From contig JAWARQ010000004.1 in assembly GCA_038893355.1 (NCBI GenBank), forward strand, positions 64,001 through 128,000: a stretch of DNA of 64,000 nucleotides, given 5' to 3'. The notes beneath the pieces are model-generated. The model was not told where the DNA came from. It was given only the letters and a program-made list of their open reading frames with translations, and did no database searches. Source of the DNA: Sulfolobaceae archaeon. GTDB lineage: Archaea; Thermoproteota; Thermoprotei_A; Sulfolobales; Sulfolobaceae. Positions 1 through 8,703 of the stretch are shown here, piece after piece. Position 1 is the first letter of the stretch. Each line of letters begins with the position of its first letter. The position numbers and the translations under genes were made by a program.

Positions 1-845
1 ACCTTAGGCAATATGGCTTTTTCTTCAGTTACTCTATAAAAGAATCTTAAAGCTTCTTCTACTTTCTCTAATGGTAACCCATATTCCTCTATATCAACGA
101 GTATAGTCCTTCTCACTATTTCTTCATCTATTTTCTCTCCATGTGCCTCTCTCATTAGTTCTATATCTTTTGGTATTATTTCTTCAATATTTTTTTCTGC
201 GTATTTTTTACTTTTTAAATAGAACTCTTTAAATTTAATTGCTATCTCTTTTCCAAGATCTTTACTTACCACAACCATTCCCATTGGCATCGGTAGCCCA
301 TTAGATAAATTTTTCCACATTTCCCACATGCTCCCTATTTTAATTGCGTTAATACCTAATTTCTTTAACGCATACATAGCCTTTATTTCATGAACCGCTA
401 TCAATATATCACCTTCTCTTCCCAGCGCTTTATATTCATCTAATATCTTTCTTACTATTACTAATCTTCCATATTTCCCGAAGAATAATTTATACAGGGT
501 AAATGCAGTAGTGTTCTGACCATGAACGATTAATCTTGATCTCCTTATTTCATCATATGACATTTCTTTTAAAGCTAAAATTGGCATTCCAGTAATTCCA
601 TCTATAGCACATGCTACCGCATTACCTAAAATATAGTAGTCATCTTGAATGTATGGATACATAGCTACTGAAGGTACTGATACATCTACTTCTTTTTTAA
701 GTACTCTCTCATTAACCTCTTGTACGGTTGGTATTATTTCAATTTCTACATTAAAACCTTCCGGTTTTACCTTACCTTCAATTATAGGTATAAAAGGATA
801 GAGATCTCCTGAATCTGCTAATGCTCCTATTTTTATTGTAACCAT
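1..845 (-). CDS. MqnA/MqnD/substrate-binding-fold protein (3' end runs off the window; missing from the ORF track)
   Basis: Manual translation from ATG at 845: MVTIKIGALADSGDLYPFIPIIEGKVKPEG...HGQNTTAFTLY...LPMPMGMVVV. The 'TTA' and 'LP.P.G' motifs resemble MqnD-like proteins. Frame is open to the window edge. Confidence 0.6.
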   Translation of the reverse strand, partial: MVTIKIGALADSGDLYPFIPIIEGKVKPEGFNVEIEIIPTVQEVNERVLKKEVDVSVPSVAMYPYIQDDYYILGNAVACAIDGITGMPILALKEMSYDEIRRSRLIVHGQNTTAFTLYKLFFGKYGRLVIVRKILDEYKALGREGDILIAVHEIKAMYALKKLGINAIKIGSMWEMWKNLSNGLPMPMGMVVVSKDLGKEIAIKFKEFYLKSKKYAEKNIEEIIPKDIELMREAHGEKIDEEIVRRTILVDIEEYGLPLEKVEEALRFFYRVTEEKAILPK

Positions 846-1056
846 GAAGTAATATAATAATCTCATGCTTATTAAGGCATTATATGTATAAAGATCAGAT
901 TCGAGATGGATAACTAAAATACATTAGATATTCGTTATAAACTATTTGTATAACAACGATATTCCAAAATTCCTAAAACAGTTATTAACATAATTTTAAA
1001 CTACTTTAAGTACGATATGCTGTAACCTTTTAAATTAACTTATCTACATTATTCTC

Positions 1057-1770
1057 GTGGATATAAAATTAATTTACTCAACAGCAGACCCGGTAGGGAT
1101 TACTATACATAAATTGAAATATAAGGAACTAGAGCCTATTGATGAAGACGTTGTCGATTTCAGATACGAAAAGGGTAATGCAATAGTTATGTTATGTAGG
1201 CATGAAAGTAAGAATAAGGTTCCTGCTATAACACTACATTTCCCTGGAAATCCTACCTCGAGTATACTAGGTGGAGAACCTAAAAAACTTGGTATAGCAT
1301 ACCCATCTCTATTGTCTTCAATATATAGAGAATTATTGAAAGTAGATTTTAATATACAAATAATACTAGAAGCAACTCATCATGGGCCTACGTACCAGAA
1401 CGTACCTATACTCTTTGTAGAAATTGGCAGTAGTTATGAATATTGGACGAATGAAAGTCTAGTTTCAAAGTTTGTAAATGCTGTAATAAAGGGTGTTAAT
1501 AATCTTGAAGAGGTAGAATGTAATAGTAAGATAGCAGGATTTGGTGGGCCTCATTATGCACAGTATTTTACTAAACTTGCGAGGGAAAATTGTATAGGTC
1601 ATATTATATCTAAGCATTATCTTAAAGAATTAGAGGACTATGTAGTATTTGAGGTCGTAAATAAAAGTATAGAAAATATAGATACTGTAGTCTTTGATAA
1701 TGTTAATTTAGAGATAAGGAAGAGAATTTTAAGATTATTACCCGAAAATATAATTATTAAGAGTAGATAG
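1057..1770 (+). CDS. dtdA: D-aminoacyl-tRNA deacylase (archaeal DTD2 type)
   Basis: Motifs RH.S, H.PGN, EATHHGPT, FVEIGS and GFGGPHYA. Confidence 0.9.
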   Translation: MDIKLIYSTADPVGITIHKLKYKELEPIDEDVVDFRYEKGNAIVMLCRHESKNKVPAITLHFPGNPTSSILGGEPKKLGIAYPSLLSSIYRELLKVDFNIQIILEATHHGPTYQNVPILFVEIGSSYEYWTNESLVSKFVNAVIKGVNNLEEVECNSKIAGFGGPHYAQYFTKLARENCIGHIISKHYLKELEDYVVFEVVNKSIENIDTVVFDNVNLEIRKRILRLLPENIIIKSR

Positions 1771-2367
1771 TATTGAGTTAGTTATTAATGGAGATCCTAT
1801 AGAGAGTAATTTGCATGTAGTATTACATATAGCAATAGTCATGCTTGCATTAGGTATACATAGTCCCCATGCTTCTATATCATCAAGGTTTAGTATATTA
1901 GCCACGAATGCTCTTATTGGATCATAATGACTTACTGCGATGATAACTTTTTTATCGCCCTTTACTACGGCTTCTACGAAATCAGAAATTCTTCTTCTTA
2001 TTTCTTCCCAACTTTCAATATCTTTTATATCAATTTCTCTCTTATATAATTTAATTTTCCAATGCTCGTTTATATCAATTTTCTGATTATTTAAACTTCC
2101 TAATCGACGTTCTCTTAACCTTTCATCTATAATAGGTGTTAAGCCTAATTCATTCCCTATTATTGTTGCGGTTTGATATGCTCTAAGTATAGGACTGGTA
2201 TATAGATAATTAATCCTTATTTTTCTTATCTTTTTCAATTCTTCTGCAACCCTCTTTACTTGCTCTCTTCCTTCACTTGTGAGTGGATATTTATCTATAT
2301 CATGTGATAGTACTTTCTCCACATTATTATAACTTTGGCCATGCCGAATAAATATAAGAACACTCAT
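1738..2367 (-). CDS. Histidine phosphatase-family, cofactor-dependent phosphoglycerate mutase
   Basis: RHGQS, SP.LRA.QTA, LRER.LG and VSH motifs. Confidence 0.8.
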   Translation of the reverse strand: MSVLIFIRHGQSYNNVEKVLSHDIDKYPLTSEGREQVKRVAEELKKIRKIRINYLYTSPILRAYQTATIIGNELGLTPIIDERLRERRLGSLNNQKIDINEHWKIKLYKREIDIKDIESWEEIRRRISDFVEAVVKGDKKVIIAVSHYDPIRAFVANILNLDDIEAWGLCIPNASMTIAICNTTCKLLSIGSPLITNSILSTLNNYIFG

Positions 2368-2516
2368 GGGAGTATATTATTTGCAACTAGCTAATAAAAA
2401 CTTCTTGTCATTTAATAATTAGTAAATTATTGTTATTATTATTATTTGTCAATAAAATTATCTTACAGTCATTCTAACATAAGTTTTTAATATATGGAAG
2501 GTCATATACTGTATAT

Positions 2517-2870
2517 ATGATAATATTTTATGCCGTGGGTGAAAAGGAAAGGGCTAAAGAGTTAGTTAGGTTAGTAACGAAAACTAGATGGAAGACAGTT
2601 TCTAAGCATGCTATAAAAATAGCTTCCTCATCAATAGGCCCTACGGTAATAGTGTTTAAACCAACTAAGGCCTCTTTAGCTATAGCATTTTGGTTAAAAG
2701 CTAAGGCCGAGGAATTAGGAATGATAGCATCCGTAGGATGGTTCCTCCCAATTACGGAAATCCCTCCTGATGTAAAGGACGCAGTAATAACGGATCTTAA
2801 TAAACTTCTGATGAGGAGACTTGAGACACCTTGGGCACCACAACTTTTTCAACAGTCTCGTCACTCTTAG
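2517..2870 (+). CDS. Conserved hypothetical protein
   Basis: 117-aa ORF with protein-like composition. Its 3' end overlaps the convergent SMC-like gene. Confidence 0.6.
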   Translation: MIIFYAVGEKERAKELVRLVTKTRWKTVSKHAIKIASSSIGPTVIVFKPTKASLAIAFWLKAKAEELGMIASVGWFLPITEIPPDVKDAVITDLNKLLMRRLETPWAPQLFQQSRHS

Positions 2871-4560
2871 TTATTATAATATACTCAGTCATTGAGTTTA
2901 ATATTTTTACTAATTTATCAAATCTAATTGGATCGAAAGTCATAAAACTTTCATCAACTATGAAGAATGGTATTGACGTATAATAGGCTTTTAATGCAGC
3001 AAGTATTAGAATTAACGCTATTGAGATTTTTTCTGAAGTTGCAAGTTTTCGTATTTCTAACTCTACATTATTTCTGTATACTCTTATCTTATTATTACTA
3101 TCTATTTCTACATTTAGATCAAAATCCAGCTCTTTTAAAATAATTTTAGATAGTCTTGTAAATTCTTCTCTAACAGAAGTAAGTCTTCTAATGTACTCTT
3201 TTTGGAGTTTTTCAGCCTCTTCTTCTAGGCTTTCAATTTCCCTTTTCTTCATGCTAATTTTTTCTAATATAGAAGTCGGCATGCCAAGCATTTGTAATTC
3301 ATATATATACTTATCTCTTGCAGCCCTTAACTCTTCTATCTTCTTAGTAATTACATCTTTCTGCATTTCGAAGCTAATTAAAGAATCAGATCTGCTAAAT
3401 CTTTCTTCCATTTCTCTTTTTTGGCGTTCTAGATCTCCTATCTGATACTTTAAAAGTTCAATCTTCTGTAATAACTCTTCTCTTTTACTTCTTAGTTTTG
3501 AAAGTTCACTCTGACTTTGTTCTAAATCTTTTAAGAGTTGTTCTATCTGTGTTTTTCTGGACTGCAATTCATAGATTTCTTTTGATATTTTATCATAATT
3601 GCCTTGTTTGATTCTTAACTCTTCTGTTATTTTTTCAATTCTTAATTTCCATATTGAAGGGTCTACAGTATTTCCGCATAAATAACAAGTTGTTGAATGT
3701 ACTTTATCAGCCTCTTTAAGATCTTCTAGTATCCTCTCTAATAATTTTGTCTCTACTTCTAGTGAATTTCTGTCTTTTGTTAGTACTTGTAGTGTAGAGT
3801 TTATCTTTTCAATTTCATTAAGAAGTGAATCTTTATTTATACTGGAGATTTTACTTTCTAAATTTTCTATTTCTTTATTTATTTTTTCAAGTCTTTTCTC
3901 AGTTTCTGTTAGTTCTTCTCTTTTTAGTTCTATTTTTTCTCTTAGCTCATCTAATCTATTCTTTCTAGTTGTTAGTAAAGTAGTATCAACTTTGTTTAAT
4001 AAATTAATACTTTCACTTTCTTTTTCTAATCTCTCTAACTGCTCATCTAATATTCTAATTTTTTCTTGAATCTCTAATACTTCCCTATACTCTTTTTCTA
4101 ATCTTTCTAAATCTTGCTTTGAAATTTGAAGTCTCTGTTCAATTTCATCTTTCTTCTTTTTTAACTCTTGTATCTTTGAAACTGAGGATATAAACCATTC
4201 TATATCACTATTATTTCCAATAATATGATTAACTAATCTATTCTCTGGGGAGAAGTATATTATTAAAGGATAAACTTCATCTTCTACTATCAATTTCTTA
4301 TCTTCTACTATCTTATTCTTAACTCTTCTAATCCTTCTATAATATTCCTTTCCATCAATTTTAACTTCAACATATCCTTCATCTGAAAATACATTTAACA
4401 AATCTTCTGCCTTAATGGATGATGTTAATAACGATACTAATGCTCTAGCTAGTGAAGTCTTACCGTAGGCATTTGGTGCTTTATATATTGTTACGGATTT
4501 TGGAATTTCTAACTCAAGCTCTTGTCTAATCCCACCTATATTATATACTCTTACTTTCAT
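2797..4560 (-). CDS. clsN: Archaea-specific SMC-related ATPase, coalescin (ClsN/BPS2 family)
   Basis: Variant Walker A (APNAYGKTS), long coiled coils split by a CYLC zinc hook, signature LATSEK, Walker B FFIVDE. Located near herA-mre11-rad50-nurA as in other Sulfolobales. Confidence 0.8.
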   Translation of the reverse strand: MKVRVYNIGGIRQELELEIPKSVTIYKAPNAYGKTSLARALVSLLTSSIKAEDLLNVFSDEGYVEVKIDGKEYYRRIRRVKNKIVEDKKLIVEDEVYPLIIYFSPENRLVNHIIGNNSDIEWFISSVSKIQELKKKKDEIEQRLQISKQDLERLEKEYREVLEIQEKIRILDEQLERLEKESESINLLNKVDTTLLTTRKNRLDELREKIELKREELTETEKRLEKINKEIENLESKISSINKDSLLNEIEKINSTLQVLTKDRNSLEVETKLLERILEDLKEADKVHSTTCYLCGNTVDPSIWKLRIEKITEELRIKQGNYDKISKEIYELQSRKTQIEQLLKDLEQSQSELSKLRSKREELLQKIELLKYQIGDLERQKREMEERFSRSDSLISFEMQKDVITKKIEELRAARDKYIYELQMLGMPTSILEKISMKKREIESLEEEAEKLQKEYIRRLTSVREEFTRLSKIILKELDFDLNVEIDSNNKIRVYRNNVELEIRKLATSEKISIALILILAALKAYYTSIPFFIVDESFMTFDPIRFDKLVKILNSMTEYIIITKSDETVEKVVVPKVSQVSSSEVY

Positions 4561-4706
4561 TACAATTGACCTTTTTCTTATCAGCTAAAAAATCTTTCTA
4601 TGAATTTTCCAATTATCTTATTTTATTCTTAAATATATTAATTAACTTGATATCTAATTATATAGTCTCACATTGATTTTATAATCACGTTTTAGAATGA
4701 ATTATT

Positions 4707-4841
4707 ATGTCAAAAATAGATTTCGAAGAAGTCCTAAAAAGATTAAAGGCTCTAGAGGAGAGAGTAGATGAGTTAGAAGAGGAAATTGAAAGATTAAAGG
4801 AAGAACTTGAGGAGTTAAAAGAGGAGAGGGATAGTGAATAG
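4707..4841 (+). CDS. 44-aa coiled-coil microprotein (not in the ORF track)
   Basis: [44 protein letters not shown]. Clear heptad pattern, and the 3' end overlaps the GTG start of the next gene. Confidence 0.65.
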   Translation: MSKIDFEEVLKRLKALEERVDELEEEIERLKEELEELKEERDSE

Positions 4842-5748
4842 ACCGGTGATTATAGATTCTGACACTGCAACTGATGATACTATAGCTATTTTCTTAGCTT
4901 CAAGGTTATTCAGGCTTTTGGGTATAACAATTGTAGCTGGGAACGTTCCTTATGAATTCGAATTGAGAAATGCACTATTTACAGTAGAATACTTTAATAT
5001 CAAGACTGAAGTATATCCGGGTGCAAGAAGACCTATTTTGGGGAAATGGAGATATGCTACTGAGGTTCATGGAGATGATGGCTTAAGTGGTTGGGAAGTA
5101 ACTCCAAAGATCTCATATACTAATAAATATGCACCAAAAGCCATAATTGATTTATCAAGAGAATATAGTGGTAGTTTGGAGATTCTTGCAATATCTCCTT
5201 TAACAAACTTAGCTTTAGCATTCTTAGAAGATCCTGAGATTGTAGATAGGATTAAAAGGGTTTGGATAATGGGAGGCGCATTGTATAGAGGTAATGTAGA
5301 GTTTATATCAGAATATAATTTTTGGGTGGATCCAGAGGCAGCTAATATAGTAATTTCAGCAGGTTTTAATACTGTAATAGTACCATGGGAAGTTGCTGAA
5401 AAATATGCAGTAATAACCATTGATGATTGGGAAAGAATTAAAAAATTAGAAACTAAGGCATCAAAATTTTTTATAAATGCCAATAAGAGGCTATTAGAAT
5501 ATTCGGTTAAGGTTCAAGGTGCTAATGGGAGTATTCACCCTGATTCTTTAACAGTAATAATAGCAGCATTCCCTGATATTATAAAGAGAAGTGTTAAGAG
5601 AAAGGTTGTGATAGAAACTTGTGGAATTGGAAGGGGTGGTATGTTTATAAACTGGTATGAAGCTTCAAATCAAAATTTAGAGATAGTTTTAGATGTTGAT
5701 GGTAATAAATTTAAGGAGCTGATTTTTGAATATCTTTCCTCATACTAG
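4834..5748 (+). CDS. Nucleoside hydrolase (IU-NH family)
   Basis: N-terminal D.DTATDD Ca-binding motif, plus [16 protein letters not shown] and HPD. Confidence 0.9.
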   Translation: MNRPVIIDSDTATDDTIAIFLASRLFRLLGITIVAGNVPYEFELRNALFTVEYFNIKTEVYPGARRPILGKWRYATEVHGDDGLSGWEVTPKISYTNKYAPKAIIDLSREYSGSLEILAISPLTNLALAFLEDPEIVDRIKRVWIMGGALYRGNVEFISEYNFWVDPEAANIVISAGFNTVIVPWEVAEKYAVITIDDWERIKKLETKASKFFINANKRLLEYSVKVQGANGSIHPDSLTVIIAAFPDIIKRSVKRKVVIETCGIGRGGMFINWYEASNQNLEIVLDVDGNKFKELIFEYLSSY

Positions 5749-6133
5749 AACATTCTGCATATGCAACTATATTCATACTTTTTACTTCTATACCCTTTTT
5801 CCTTATCTCATTATATATTTCATTTAACTCAACATCCACATCAATTATTTCTTCAGTATCTATACAATAAACGTTAACATGTGGAACCTTTCTCATTTCA
5901 TACCAAGTAACACCGTTAAGTTCAAAGGAATTTATTATCCCTGCCTTTTTCAATGTCTCTAGGGTATTGTAAACCGTAGATAAGCTAATACTTGGTTCTT
6001 CTTTTTTTAATATTTCATAAATTTGTTCTCCACTGTAATGTCCTCCCTTACTTAATAGCCTGAGTACAGCTAATCTTTGTGGTGTTACTTTAAGTCCATT
6101 TTGCTTTAGGACATTTACTAATTCTTCAATCAT
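5711..6133 (-). CDS. Fur-family transcriptional regulator
   Basis: GLKVTPQR and SLSTVYNTL winged-helix motifs. Confidence 0.85.
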   Translation of the reverse strand: MIEELVNVLKQNGLKVTPQRLAVLRLLSKGGHYSGEQIYEILKKEEPSISLSTVYNTLETLKKAGIINSFELNGVTWYEMRKVPHVNVYCIDTEEIIDVDVELNEIYNEIRKKGIEVKSMNIVAYAECSSMRKDIQKSAP

Positions 6134-6386
6134 CGAGTAACTATTAACACGGAAGAATTTAAAATTACTTTCTCCTCACTACTTCGGGTAATAACGAAAA
6201 AAGATTTTAGTAGTTTTTTTCCTTTAATATTAATATAAATTAGATTATAATAATTTATCACAAAAATACAACTCATTAATAAAAACTCGTATCCATAGTT
6301 AACTTTTTCCTCTCCCCTTATTAGTTTAAATCTTAAAAGTTTTTTAATAATTAGTTAATAAGTTTCAGTGAATTACAATAATAATA

Positions 6387-6875
6387 ATGGCAGAAAGTGC
6401 TAGAGAACTTATAATCTCAGCAGCACTCTCAACTAGGATTAAGAAATTTGATGAAATTGAGTTAGAGGGTAGAAGGCGCAGAAATAATTGTGCATATTTT
6501 GACGGTAAATCATGTTGCAAGTTTAAGCTACCGAGTAAGAACACATTATTAGCAAGCTGGGTTTATGATAATCATTTTATTCCACATCCAGTTCTTTGCT
6601 TTATTTGTCCCTATTATTCGATAAAGAAAGAGGGAGGTAATGAGAATAATAAGGTTACTTTAGATATTATAGAATTCTACTCATATTATTCTTCCATAAA
6701 AGATAAGTTAGAGAGAGAGGTTAATATACTAAGTTCAAGAGTAAGTGACTTTATTTTAGGAGGGTCAATATTATTTAGAAGGCGTAGAGAAGAGATTTTA
6801 ATATATTTAGAAGACATTAAACGAAAACTTGAGATTTTGAAGGAATTAATAGTATTTGAACAAACTTTAAAATAG
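6387..6875 (+). CDS. Hypothetical protein with Cys cluster (putative Zn binding) and C-terminal coiled coil
   Basis: CAYFDGKSCC...CFICPYY followed by amphipathic helices. Confidence 0.55.
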   Translation: MAESARELIISAALSTRIKKFDEIELEGRRRRNNCAYFDGKSCCKFKLPSKNTLLASWVYDNHFIPHPVLCFICPYYSIKKEGGNENNKVTLDIIEFYSYYSSIKDKLEREVNILSSRVSDFILGGSILFRRRREEILIYLEDIKRKLEILKELIVFEQTLK

Positions 6876-6899
6876 CAGTATTTCTAACCAATTTATAGA

Positions 6900-7736
6900 A
6901 TGAGACAAGTATTAATTTGCTTTTGGACAGTTACAGTTATATTATTTATCTCTTTTCTATTTTATAATAGTATTACAATATTCGGAGAATTTATCCATTC
7001 TATAATTGATGCAATAACGGTAAGCTTTGGTTACTTCGCTTATAGAATTTCAAAATACTCAAGTCACGTATATACTTATGGCTTACACAGATTGGAAGTA
7101 TTTTCGGCGATAGTTAATTCTATTGCGATTATTGGTGCGATGTTATTTATAACCTTTGACATAATCTATAAATTAATATTTCCATTTAATACTACGAATG
7201 GATTATTTATAGCATTAGTATCTTTTGTTTCTTTAATTATATTTTTGCCAGTTATTAAAGATAAAGAGGTTATTATAAGGGGCAAAAGTAATATTAATAT
7301 TAGAAGTATTTTTATTCATACACTTTCTGATATTATCCAATTTATAATAGGTGGTATAATTGGGCTTTTAATTGTCTTTCTAGGTCTGGAATACTTAGAT
7401 ATAATAGGTGGTGCTATAATAGCTGTTATTTCCCTATATTTTGTAATGCCATTATTAAGAGAGTCTTTTTTAATTTTAATGGAAGGGTCTCCCGTGGAGT
7501 TAGAGAAGGTTGAAACTGAACTTAGTAAAGTTGCAAAAGTTCATCATATTCACGTATGGTCAATATGTTCAGAAATAAAAGTTGCAACGTTGCATGTAGA
7601 AGCATCTCCCGAAGCAAGACTTAAAGATCTAGAAGTAGTAAGAGCAAAAATAGAGGATATATTACGAGAGAAATTTGGTATAAACCATACTACAATACAA
7701 TTTGAAGTCAACTCAACTGATCAGGCCACCAGTTAA
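6900..7736 (+). CDS. Cation diffusion facilitator (CDF) metal transporter
   Basis: HS..D, YTYG.HRLE, H..SD, HH.HVW and H.TIQ motifs, about 6 TM segments. Confidence 0.88.
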   Translation: MRQVLICFWTVTVILFISFLFYNSITIFGEFIHSIIDAITVSFGYFAYRISKYSSHVYTYGLHRLEVFSAIVNSIAIIGAMLFITFDIIYKLIFPFNTTNGLFIALVSFVSLIIFLPVIKDKEVIIRGKSNINIRSIFIHTLSDIIQFIIGGIIGLLIVFLGLEYLDIIGGAIIAVISLYFVMPLLRESFLILMEGSPVELEKVETELSKVAKVHHIHVWSICSEIKVATLHVEASPEARLKDLEVVRAKIEDILREKFGINHTTIQFEVNSTDQATS

Positions 7737-8703
7737 CTATCCGCTTTTGGTTTAAGCCTAAAATTTCAATTATTCTTCTCTTATCCTTACTACTTACTTT
7801 AACATCAGAATGCACCTTAAGAAGTGGGAAAGGATAACCTCTGATACTAATTGGCAATAGGGCATTTATAATCTCCTCTATGAATTTCTCGTCCTTCTTT
7901 CCAAATATATCAAGCCTTAATACTTTTTCATTAGAAGCTAACCTAACATAAGTAGTAGTTATATTAAATTTTTCATTATCTATTCTAATTTCACTTATTT
8001 TCGGGACAGTATATCCAATGGAATTTGTAAATGTCTCTAATATTACTATATCTGGTATTGAAAGGTTAAATAATTTGGTAGACCTGCTTATCTTAGAAAT
8101 CCATAAGATTTTATCACCAAATTTAGTTACTGCTTTTTTAATTAATTTCAATTTTTCATTTAATATTAATATTCTTATTTCTTCTTCATCGTCAACTAAC
8201 ATCTCTGAGAGTAGAGTATATACATCGTTACCCTTGTTTTCCTCATTTGAAGATATGTCTATAGACGTCTTCTCAATCTTTTTAAAGGGACTACCATCCA
8301 TTAGTATATAATCAATATTGTTTTCCTCTTTACTACTACACTCCGTCATCATTCTAATTTCTAGAAAACTCATTATTTCTCTTACAAGTTCTTTTCCATG
8401 ATTTCCAGGCCTTAATATTCCTACTATAGAATCTTTTAGTATAGGCTTCATATTATTACCTGAATAGAATAATGCTTCGGCATTAACTACATAAAGTAAT
8501 CCTACTCTCAAATCTTTGCTATACATTCCACCATCTATTGCAATATATCCCTTCTTAAGGACGGGTTTCGTTAAATTTAACTCAATCCAATTTTCTTTTA
8601 TTTTTTCCCTTAATTCTTGTCTTAACATTAAATCGTATTTATTTATTTTTTCCCTTAATTTTATATATTTATTTATTATCTTAGTATAAACTTCTTCAAT
8701 CAT
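7708..8703 (-). CDS. nurA: DNA double-strand-break repair nuclease NurA
   Basis: AIDGG, LMDGS and GYP.PL..VH motifs. Last gene of the herA-mre11-rad50-nurA operon. Confidence 0.92.
   Translation of the reverse strand: MIEEVYTKIINKYIKLREKINKYDLMLRQELREKIKENWIELNLTKPVLKKGYIAIDGGMYSKDLRVGLLYVVNAEALFYSGNNMKPILKDSIVGILRPGNHGKELVREIMSFLEIRMMTECSSKEENNIDYILMDGSPFKKIEKTSIDISSNEENKGNDVYTLLSEMLVDDEEEIRILILNEKLKLIKKAVTKFGDKILWISKISRSTKLFNLSIPDIVILETFTNSIGYTVPKISEIRIDNEKFNITTTYVRLASNEKVLRLDIFGKKDEKFIEEIINALLPISIRGYPFPLLKVHSDVKVSSKDKRRIIEILGLNQKRIVNWWPDQLS

Noticed and set aside
920-965. Imperfect inverted repeat considered as a dif or operator site
   Set aside because: The arms match poorly and are AT-rich. 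It does not show a clear 11-6-11 layout.
6235-6258. ATAAATTA-N8-TAATTTAT palindrome as a Fur box
   Set aside because: Composed only of A/T in a very AT-rich spacer, so it is expected by chance.
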